Assembly (NCBI GenBank): GCA_044223005.1
Contig: JBGAML010000005.1
Location: forward strand, 128,001-192,000
DNA from: Candidatus Eiseniibacteriota bacterium
Lineage (GTDB): Bacteria; Eisenbacteria; RBG-16-71-46
Direction of reading: 5' to 3'
DNA length: 64,000 bases
Positions 9,426-16,613 of this stretch are shown piece by piece (position 1 is the first letter of the stretch; every line of letters begins with the position of its first letter). Below the pieces are notes generated by a model that was given only the letters and a program-made list of their open reading frames with translations, did no database searches and was not told where the DNA came from. The position numbers were made by a program, and so were the translations under genes.

Positions 9426-10106
9426 GTGAGCACTGAAAGAGCGCCTGAAGGGGCACGGCTGAGCGCTTCTGGCCGCGTCACAGTTGCGATTGTTGGCACA
9501 ATTCTGCTTGGAGCGCTTGGGAGCGGCTTGTGGGAGCAACTCCTGCGGCCTGTCGGGAGCGCGTTGTACCGCGGAACGCTGAAGCTCGGTTTACTGGGGC
9601 TTCAGGAGCACGTGGACATGATTTACGCCGACATCGCGATGCATGGAACGCTGGCAGTCGACCACGAGAATTTCAGAACGCTGCAAGTCATGTTTATGAC
9701 GCTCATCCTCTCCATGATCGGATCGCTCTGGGTGATGCATCGCATTGTGAAGAGGCAACAGCGTGGCGGCAGTGTCGGGTTGACCAGGTGGGAGCGGCTC
9801 GCTCGCAGACTCAGTACCGGCGCACTCGTCAGTTGGATCGTAGGGGCCGAGTGCGTTGCGCTACTTGTTGTGGCTGTGCTCTGGGTTGTTCGCGAAGACG
9901 AGAGTATGTTCGTGGCGCACGCCGAACGTCAGGCGACACAATGCATCACGATCTTGGCGCCGCACGAATCGGCTTCGCATGTACTTGAGTGGCGCGCGAA
10001 GCTTGCGAGCGTCGGTTCGCGTAGTGATTACATTGCATTGATGCAATCGCTGACGAGCGCTGCGGATAGTGCGCACGTTAAGCTGCCGCACTTTCGACTT
10101 TGGTGA
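9426..10106 (+). CDS. Hypothetical membrane protein (island cargo, ~3 TM segments)
   Basis: Hydrophobic stretches VTVAIVGTILLGALGSGLW, VMFMTLILSMIGSLWVM, WIVGAECVALLVVAVLWVV; GGAGG precedes GTG 9426 (start uncertain). Confidence 0.65.
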   Translation: MSTERAPEGARLSASGRVTVAIVGTILLGALGSGLWEQLLRPVGSALYRGTLKLGLLGLQEHVDMIYADIAMHGTLAVDHENFRTLQVMFMTLILSMIGSLWVMHRIVKRQQRGGSVGLTRWERLARRLSTGALVSWIVGAECVALLVVAVLWVVREDESMFVAHAERQATQCITILAPHESASHVLEWRAKLASVGSRSDYIALMQSLTSAADSAHVKLPHFRLW

Positions 10107-10407
10107 CGATGCGTCAGGGAAAGGCCTCGCAATCGAAACGTTGGACGGCGCTGAAGGTGAGGGCGTCTGCTAGGGAGGAGAGAATCGTCCGCGCCGACGG
10201 GACTCCTCAGAGGTGAGAGTACGAGAGGCGCGTCACGCGCATCGGAGACGTTCCCAGTGCGGACGGTGCGCCTGCAGGTCTCTGTGGGATGTAGCCAAGC
10301 GGCAAACGTAGTCATGGTGAGTCGCCGTTGGGCGCATCACGGTGAGGGACTGCCGTCGGGTGGAGAGGTAGCTCATTCGACGTAGCTGGCTGAGTCAGGG
10401 GGCCGAA

Positions 10408-10863
10408 ATGAGCGTGCGACGTGGCTTGGCGCGACTGTACATTTCGCTTTGGATCGGGGCGGCTGCGCTGAGCGCGGTATTCGTGGGCAATGAGGTCTTG
10501 CAGACACTTCGTGTGGTGCGCATCGCTCGCGAATGGACTCCCCGGCGTGCCGAAGCCACCTTGCCAACCGGGATGATGTGGGATCAGGACACCACTCAGG
10601 TGATCTACCTGGGTCCCGGTGGGTCGCGTATTAGCTTCCCCACTGGCGTCAGCGACTCAATGGTGAGAGAGGCAGTGCTACGCAGTTTTCCGGACTCGAC
10701 ACGAGAGCATGCCGCTGCGGTTGAGGCGGCGGTCTTAGACGTGAGGCGGGCGCATGTGGGCTTGCACATTGCGAGCGTCGTCGCTTTGTGGATCGTCGGA
10801 GCGGCACTACTTCCCGGGGCTGTCTTCTTAGCTGCGCGATGGATTTGGAAGGGATTCGAGTGA
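10408..10863 (+). CDS. Hypothetical two-TM membrane protein (island cargo)
   Basis: N-terminal RRGLARLYISLWIG... and C-terminal ...AARWIWKGF hydrophobic helices flank a soluble loop. Confidence 0.6.
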   Translation: MSVRRGLARLYISLWIGAAALSAVFVGNEVLQTLRVVRIAREWTPRRAEATLPTGMMWDQDTTQVIYLGPGGSRISFPTGVSDSMVREAVLRSFPDSTREHAAAVEAAVLDVRRAHVGLHIASVVALWIVGAALLPGAVFLAARWIWKGFE

Positions 10864-10938
10864 AGAGCGCAGTACGCGAGGGTGCCGCATCAATATAGCG
10901 ATAGGCACATCCGGCCGCCTCAGAAACGGAGGCATTTG

Positions 10939-11733
10939 ATGGCCACCAGGGCGAGACCGCTGATGCCTCGCTTGCGACGGATCAAGATGGCTGGCTGGAC
11001 GTCTCGAATCTCCGCCGGGGCCTACGGCAAGGGAGTGTCAGCATGCCTTGAGAATGCGCGCGGCCTCCTTGAAGAATCGTCGCTTCTGTTCGATGCAGGT
11101 CACCATGCCCGAGCTACGGCCTTAGCGATTCTCGCAGTGGAGGAGGGCGACAAAGTACGGCGGCTACTCATGCTCTGCCTGGCTGATGGCAACCTGGCAC
11201 GGGAGTGGGAGGATTTTCGAAACCACGGCCCGAAGCTCTCCGCCGCTTTCTCGCTGTTTACGCATGGGAAGTTCAGTCACCTCAGGACGTCATGGGCCCA
11301 GCTGAGGCCCAAAGCGGGCGCGCCCGAGTGGTTCCGCGACTTGCCTCACTACGCCGGCCGGGTCAAAGAGCGAATGCTCTACGTGGACCTGCTCAAGGAC
11401 GGGTCGTGGTCTTCACCATCTCGCGCGCTGCCCCCGCTCGTGTGCGAGGGCATCATACTCTTCTGTCAGATGGCTGTCGGAGTGACGACGACATTCGCCT
11501 TGGGAATCGATCTCGTACTGCATGGGCAGCTTGAACCAGGCGAACTCCAGCTTCCTGTGATGGAACCGGCTAGCATGACGCCTCAGGCGCGACGGTGGTT
11601 CAAGTGGCGCAGTGGAGCAGCAGGACAGCGCTGGGGATCGCGCGAGTTGGCGCGTCAAATGGAATGGGCAGAGCGGTTGGCGAAGATGAGCCCAAAGACG
11701 CGTCGAAGGCCAATGGGGGCCAATGCGGGGTGA
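10939..11733 (+). CDS. AbiV-family (HEPN-like) abortive infection protein
   Basis: CLENARGLLEESSLLF...ARATALAILAVEEGDK, FRNHGPKL, KERMLYVD...WSSP match the AbiV pattern; GGAGG 6 nt before ATG 10939. Confidence 0.8.
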   Translation: MATRARPLMPRLRRIKMAGWTSRISAGAYGKGVSACLENARGLLEESSLLFDAGHHARATALAILAVEEGDKVRRLLMLCLADGNLAREWEDFRNHGPKLSAAFSLFTHGKFSHLRTSWAQLRPKAGAPEWFRDLPHYAGRVKERMLYVDLLKDGSWSSPSRALPPLVCEGIILFCQMAVGVTTTFALGIDLVLHGQLEPGELQLPVMEPASMTPQARRWFKWRSGAAGQRWGSRELARQMEWAERLAKMSPKTRRRPMGANAG

Positions 11734-11892
11734 GCTCCTGCGAACCCTCGGGCTCTCCCTTGGCAATACTACTCAAAACTGAAACGCCCCCGGATCTCGG
11801 AGCAGACGCGGACGAATCCAGAGCGTGACGCGCGCCGATTCCGCTTCGTCCTCCGGGCGGAGAGCGATGGGGGCCGCAACCTGTGAAATGGC

Positions 11893-11921
11893 TTGACTTT
11901 CGGCCAATTTCGTGGTATACA
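11893..11921 (+). promoter_or_regulatory. Sigma70-like promoter upstream of the HTH-HTH-integrase operon
   Basis: TTGACT-N17-TATACA in an AT-rich patch; imperfect -10. Confidence 0.5.
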
Positions 11922-12239
11922 TAGAGTCACAGGGGAAGCACGTCCGGTGTTCTACTCCGGACTAGACGCTGGCGGCACAGGGCGTCCGTAGGTCAATCCA
12001 GATGGCCCTGACGGGGCCACCGAGAGCGCAGTCCAGGCTCGTACCGCGGGACTCTTCCTTCGCGGATTTCCCCTTCGTCCAAGGGACCACCGTATCGAGC
12101 GGGGCTTTGATGCTGCCCGGCGCTTTCGCGACCGCCCGGATGGGCCGTGCGAACGCCGGGGCATCCGTGCTGCCCGGCCGGTGGCCCGCAGTTGTTCACC
12201 TGACGCGGCCAGGGGGCCGCACCATCAAGGGGCTGTGGG

Positions 12240-12656
12240 ATGAGTCGCAAGAACAGGTTGTCGCGGGACGAGAAGTTCGTGCACTGGCAGGAAGAGCAGA
12301 TGGAGAAGGATTTGCGGGACAAGGGGTACCTAACAGACGAACCGGCCTTCGACGAGGACGACGTGGCCGTCGCCCCGGACGAGGTCAACACGTTCGATAG
12401 CTGGGAGGAAGGCCGAGAGATTCCCGAAGAGCACGCGCGCATCCGCTCGGATGCGTGGCGGTGGGCGCGGTGCGGCACGGTGCGTGACGTGGCGCACTTC
12501 TTCCGGGTGCACGAGAAAACTGTCGAGACCTGGCGGCGAAAGCTCGGCATGCCGTACGTCCGGGTCAACGGGGTGATTCGCTACGAGCTCGCGCAGGTCC
12601 AGGTGTGGGTCGCGTTGCACCGGCGGCAGGAGAGGGTGACGAAGTCAGCGGCGTAG
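12240..12656 (+). CDS. Excisionase-like (HTH_17/MerR-type) DNA-binding protein with acidic N-terminal extension
   Basis: TVRDVAHFFRVHEKTVETWRRKLGMPYVRVNGVIRYE winged-HTH pattern. Confidence 0.8.
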   Translation: MSRKNRLSRDEKFVHWQEEQMEKDLRDKGYLTDEPAFDEDDVAVAPDEVNTFDSWEEGREIPEEHARIRSDAWRWARCGTVRDVAHFFRVHEKTVETWRRKLGMPYVRVNGVIRYELAQVQVWVALHRRQERVTKSAA

Positions 12657-12731
12657 CAGTCGGGGACTTGGGCAGGGCGATCGGCGGCGGCGGCGCGAAA
12701 GCGTCGTCGCCGCCTCGCCACTTGGGGAGGT

Positions 12732-13058
12732 ATGAGGATGGGACTCTCGATTCTGGCGCCGGGCCGCAGGACTCAGCTCGCGGACTTGTTCCTGCAGGAG
12801 AGGCTGGAGGCTCTGGAACGCGCGACGACGCCCCGTGCGGCGCCGATCACGGCGACCGAGGTACTTCGTGACGAGGCGGCGACGAAACTCCGTCAGGGCG
12901 CGAACCTGACGCGCGACGAGGTCGCGGCGCACCTCGACGTGAGCACCAAGAAGGTCCAACGCATGGACGCAGCGGGGACGCTGCGGCGTTGTCCCAACAT
13001 GGGCACGGTCGTACGCTACGCGGCACGCGACGTCCTGCGGCTCGCTTCGGTCAAGTGA
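12732..13058 (+). CDS. Second excisionase-like HTH protein
   Basis: LTRDEVAAHLDVSTKKVQRMDAAGTL...VRYAARDV; GGGGAGG RBS; immediately upstream of the integrase. Confidence 0.8.
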   Translation: MRMGLSILAPGRRTQLADLFLQERLEALERATTPRAAPITATEVLRDEAATKLRQGANLTRDEVAAHLDVSTKKVQRMDAAGTLRRCPNMGTVVRYAARDVLRLASVK

Positions 13059-13070
13059 AAGGAGACCGAA

Positions 13071-14090
13071 ATGCCGAAGCTGCCCAGGGGGATGTTTCGC
13101 AGGAAGGGTCGTCCGGGCTGGTACATCCGGCTCTTCGCCAGCGGTCGCGAGCGGTGGGTGTCGCTCGGGACCGACTTTGCCCAGGCGTGCGACAAGGCCC
13201 GTGCCTACGCGGCAGGGCTGACCGTGGCTCCCGGTCGTGCGGGAACGGTCGCCGAAGTTGCGGAGCAGTGGCTGTCGTCGTACGTGCAGACGCAGCGGAA
13301 CGTGAAGGGCCAGACGCTGGCGGCGCAGCGCGTGCGCGCGTACGTAGAACCGTTCTTCGGTCACATGATCGTGGAGCGGGTGACGCGCGAGGACGTGCGG
13401 TCGTTCCGGCTCTGGTTGCAATCGCGGACTTCGCTGAGCCTGACCAGCGTGGCGCACGTGCTTTCGGACGTGCGGTGCCTGTTCAACTGGTGCGAAGAGG
13501 CGGGGCTGGTGGAGCGGAGTCCGTTTCCGCGCCGGGTCATGCCCCGGCTGCAGGAGCAGCTGCCGGACCGGTTGACCGACGAAGAGGCGGCGCGCATCGC
13601 CGCCGTGCAGGAGCCCTACGGGTTCGTGTGCCGTCTGGCACTCGGCACCGGGCTGCGGTGGGGCGAGTTGACTCGCGCTCAGGCGTCGGACGTGAAGCGC
13701 ATTCGCGTTCCGGGTTCGAGCGAGGACCAGTGGTGCTTGGAAGTGTCGCAGACCAAGAGCAAGCGTGTGCGTCGTGTCCCGCTCGCACCGGAGCTCGCAG
13801 CAGAGGTCCGGCAGCGCGTGGGACGGCTGGTCGCGTTCGCAACCGGTTCGCCCGGTTCGTTCGCGTTGCGTGTGGCAAGGCTGGCAGGCGTGGAGGGCTT
13901 TCACGTTCACCAGACGCGGCACACGTTCGCGTGTCAGTGGCTGGAACGGGGCGGCTCGCTGGCCGCTCTGCAACAGGTCCTCGGCCACGCGGACATCAGC
14001 ACGACGCAGCGCTACGCGAAGCTCGGAGATGAGGCGCTGATGCGGGAAGCGGCGAGGCTGGGTCAGATTGGAGGGCGTCGTGGGGCATGA
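13071..14090 (+). CDS. Tyrosine recombinase/integrase with N-terminal arm-binding domain
   Basis: Catalytic R (GLRWGE), K (TKS), HxxR (HQTRH), LGH, Y (QRYA); N-terminal GWYIRLF...ERWVSLGTD arm-binding-like beta domain; AGGAG RBS. Confidence 0.95.
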   Translation: MPKLPRGMFRRKGRPGWYIRLFASGRERWVSLGTDFAQACDKARAYAAGLTVAPGRAGTVAEVAEQWLSSYVQTQRNVKGQTLAAQRVRAYVEPFFGHMIVERVTREDVRSFRLWLQSRTSLSLTSVAHVLSDVRCLFNWCEEAGLVERSPFPRRVMPRLQEQLPDRLTDEEAARIAAVQEPYGFVCRLALGTGLRWGELTRAQASDVKRIRVPGSSEDQWCLEVSQTKSKRVRRVPLAPELAAEVRQRVGRLVAFATGSPGSFALRVARLAGVEGFHVHQTRHTFACQWLERGGSLAALQQVLGHADISTTQRYAKLGDEALMREAARLGQIGGRRGA

Positions 14091-14760
14091 TCAGTTCGTG
14101 AAGGACGCAGGTACGTTTATCCCGCCCCTCGACTTGGTGGAATTGGTGGTCAAGGAGCAGGCATCCATCGCGAAAAGCGACTTCTTCAACAACCCGGAGC
14201 ATCAGCCGCTGAAAGACGCTTGGCAGGGCGGAATCCTCGCCACGGGATACGAAGAACTAGCTAAGCGGGCGGTCAAAGTGCGCCTGTCGTCGCACGAGCA
14301 GTTCCCGGACTTCCAGATCAGTGACGAGGGCACCGTGCATGACTTCGAAGCGGTGATGGCGCTCAACAAGCCGCTCGGGAAGACCTACAAGGGCGACATG
14401 AGCACTGGTGCCCCAGTTCTCGGCAGACCTGACACTCTGCCTCCTCTGAACTTAGATCCAGTACGAGAGGTCGTGGAGAAGAAGGTCAAGAAGAACTACG
14501 CGGGGAAAGTGAACCTGTGCGTGTACATGAACTTCTCGGGCTCGGATGCGGAGTTCGAGGAGGTCAAGCGAGTAGTCCTGGCCGCGGCCCAGGACAAATT
14601 CGAGTCGATCTGGCTGATCGCACGGGGCAACTTCAAGGGCGAGGCGGACGTCGGAGGATTGTTCATTTGCTGCGTGAAGGAATCTCCCGACCTTCCGAAG
14701 ACGGGCAACTGGTACAAGCTGAGCCGAGTGATTGGCGTGAAGCCCGAGGCAAGTTCATAG
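14068..14760 (+). CDS. Hypothetical protein, possible restriction-endonuclease-like fold
   Basis: 230-aa ORF with coding-like codon use; FPDFQI...DFEAV resembles a PD...(D/E)x motif; start uncertain. Confidence 0.65.
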   Translation: MEGVVGHDQFVKDAGTFIPPLDLVELVVKEQASIAKSDFFNNPEHQPLKDAWQGGILATGYEELAKRAVKVRLSSHEQFPDFQISDEGTVHDFEAVMALNKPLGKTYKGDMSTGAPVLGRPDTLPPLNLDPVREVVEKKVKKNYAGKVNLCVYMNFSGSDAEFEEVKRVVLAAAQDKFESIWLIARGNFKGEADVGGLFICCVKESPDLPKTGNWYKLSRVIGVKPEASS

Positions 14761-14843
14761 CGGTCGCTCGGGAAGGCGCACTGCTCGAAAGGCTTCGTGG
14801 CGACGTCACACGTCAGACGCCCCGTCAGGCTGAGAGGATTCGC

Positions 14844-15266
14844 ATGGCTGAGGACTTCAGCAGTGGTTCCAGTGCGCATTTCCCGGTCCTGGTTATCGAC
14901 CGGGATGGCTGGATATACGGTGCGTTCGACGCAACGTCGCTCGATGGGAACTTCGAGGAACCCGAGATCGGGCAAGCGAAGTACCTGTGCTGGGACCGTG
15001 ACTCGAGGCCAGTCAGCATGCGTTTCGTCGGGCGAACCCAGGTTGTTGCGACGAGCGGTAGGCCAGAGCCCGAAGCACTCTCGCGTCGACTCATGTTGCA
15101 TGCTATGGACATGGGGATCCGCGTTGACGGCACAACACAGGACCCGTTCGAACTGTGGGAGAGAATCGCGGAAGCCCGCGAAAGGAAATGGGAGGGAGGT
15201 CCGATCGCCCGAGCTGCACGCTTCCTTCGCGGGCTTATGCAGCCGAGGCGAAAGCTCTCACCGTAG
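14844..15266 (+). CDS. Hypothetical protein (island cargo)
   Basis: ATG preceded by GAGAGGA; ORF ends at the arm-site repeats. Confidence 0.55.
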   Translation: MAEDFSSGSSAHFPVLVIDRDGWIYGAFDATSLDGNFEEPEIGQAKYLCWDRDSRPVSMRFVGRTQVVATSGRPEPEALSRRLMLHAMDMGIRVDGTTQDPFELWERIAEARERKWEGGPIARAARFLRGLMQPRRKLSP

Positions 15267-15283
15267 CCAAGACCGTAGCCAAG
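15261..15283 (+). repeat. Tandem CCGTAGCCAAG repeats (candidate integrase arm-type sites)
   Basis: CCGTAGCCAAG-A-CCGTAGCCAAG; related copies at 9198-9206 (+) and 9350-9360 (-). Confidence 0.65.
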
Positions 15284-15359
15284 CCGAACCGAGGCACCTG
15301 AACCAGTGCCAGAGGTGCCTTGCGTAAGTAGCTGGGATGCACGAGAGTGGCCCGCCCGT

Positions 15360-15436
15360 GGCCCTGTAGCTCAGACGGATAGAGCAGCGGTTTCCTAAAC
15401 CGCGTGCCGCTGGTTCGACTCCAGCCAGGGCCACCA
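15360..15436 (+). tRNA. tRNA-Arg(CCT)
   Basis: Acceptor GGCCCTG/CAGGGCC, D arm GCTC...GAGC, anticodon stem GCGGT/ACCGC with loop TTCCTAA, T arm GCTGG-TTCGACT-CCAGC, encoded CCA. Confidence 0.97.
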
Positions 15437-15525
15437 CGATTTGCCCGCATGCGGTGCGGCCGCGAACCCGCCGCATCGGCGCGGCGAGCCCGCGGCCGCG
15501 GAGCCCGATGATCCGGCCCGAGCGT

Positions 15526-16059
15526 TCAGCGTGCGTCCGGGTGCTGGAGCAGCTCCACGATCAGCTCGTTCAGCTGTCCGAGCGTCTCGGCCATGCCGCC
15601 TTCCATGCCCTCGACGTCACCCTCCATGGCCGCGTCGAGCGCTTCCTTGGACGGGTAGAGGTCGTGCATGACGACGCGCGTCCGCTCGCCCAGTGCCTCG
15701 AACGTCACGGTGGTGATGGTCGCGCCCTCTTCGCCTTCTTCGTTGGTCCAGACGAGGCGGGAGGGAGGCGTCACCTCGAGGTACTTGCCGAAGAACTCCA
15801 TCGTCTTCGAATCGCCGAGATCCCACACGACAAGGTAGCGGCCGCCGACACGGCAATCAGTGTCGAAGGAGAGGAGGGGCACCGGGCTCGCCTTGGGCGC
15901 CCACCAGCGCTTGAGCAGGTCCGAGCGCGTGAACGCCTCGAACACGAGCCGCGCGGGCCCGTCGATCATGCGGGTGACGACGAGCTCGCGATCCGACGTG
16001 CGTTCGACGGTCGCGCGATTCCTACCCGGCGTGGCCTCAGGCCCGCGGTTTGCGTCCAT
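15526..16059 (-). CDS. SRPBCC/AHSA1 domain protein
   Basis: ELVVTRMIDGPARLVFEAFT...KRWW...DCRVGGRY...EVTPPSRLVWT. Confidence 0.92.
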   Translation of the reverse strand: MDANRGPEATPGRNRATVERTSDRELVVTRMIDGPARLVFEAFTRSDLLKRWWAPKASPVPLLSFDTDCRVGGRYLVVWDLGDSKTMEFFGKYLEVTPPSRLVWTNEEGEEGATITTVTFEALGERTRVVMHDLYPSKEALDAAMEGDVEGMEGGMAETLGQLNELIVELLQHPDAR

Positions 16060-16402
16060 GGCGCTTCTCCTTGTGTTTGAGTTCCGCGACCACTCGTTCC
16101 AGTTCGTCGAATCGCGCGTCCCACATCCGGCGATAGCCCTCGAGCCATTCGGCCTCGCGCTCGAGGCGATGGGGCCCCAGCCGGCAGTTGCGGACTCGGC
16201 CGACCTTCTCGGTCGTGACGAGCCCGGCGTCCTCGAGCACGCGGACGTGCTTCCGCATGCCGGTCAGCGTCAGCCGGAAGCGAACGGCGAGGTCGCTGAT
16301 CGAGGCGTCCGAGCGGCCGAGATGCTCCAGAACGCCGCGCCGCGTGGCGTCGGCGAGTGCCGCGAATGCTCCGTCGAGGTGCATCGATGAATACTGAACC
16401 AT
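16037..16402 (-). CDS. ArsR/SmtB-family transcriptional regulator
   Basis: LDGAFAALADATRRGVL...KHVRVLEDAGLV...KVGRVR; classic ArsR-SRPBCC pair. Confidence 0.92.
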   Translation of the reverse strand: MVQYSSMHLDGAFAALADATRRGVLEHLGRSDASISDLAVRFRLTLTGMRKHVRVLEDAGLVTTEKVGRVRNCRLGPHRLEREAEWLEGYRRMWDARFDELERVVAELKHKEKRHGRKPRA

Positions 16403-16414
16403 GTGGTTCAGTAT
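16391..16414. promoter_or_regulatory. ArsR autoregulatory operator
   Basis: Perfect inverted repeat ATACTGAACCA-TG-TGGTTCAGTAT overlapping the ArsR start codon. Confidence 0.8.
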
Positions 16415-16613
16415 ATGGACCGGCGTTGCCGCAAGGCAAGGGGAATCGGGGCGGCCCCGCACCGGCCGCCGGGGGCCCCGCCGGGGGCGCTCGCGAGGAT
16501 GAAATCGTGTTCCCTTCGCTCACCGCTCTCCTTATCCTCATTGTTCGCCGCCGTCGTCCATCCCGGCAGCGCGCGCCCGACGTGCGCCCGCTGCGCCGCT
16601 CCCCGGAGGCCCC

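Larger units (their letters stand above)
8978..15398 (+). mobile_element. ~6.4 kb tyrosine-integrase integrative element at tRNA-Arg(CCT)
   Basis: Bounded by a 68-bp direct repeat; carries an integrase, two excisionase-like HTH genes and an AbiV-like gene; visibly less GC-rich than the DNA right of the tRNA. Confidence 0.88.

Noticed and set aside
10285..10375. tRNA-5'-like snippets TGGGATGTAGCCAAGCGGCAA and GGAGAGGTAGCTCA
   Set aside because: The D-stems do not close and no anticodon or T arm follows. The first overlaps the GTAGCCAAG arm-like motif, so chance or an arm site is more likely.
9046..15330. Integron/cassette array interpretation of the island (GTTRRRY-like GTTGGAC at ~10140 and GTTGGGC at ~10327)
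   Set aside because: No matching RYYYAAC inverse cores or attC-like hairpins, and neither recombinase has the IntI-specific insertion.
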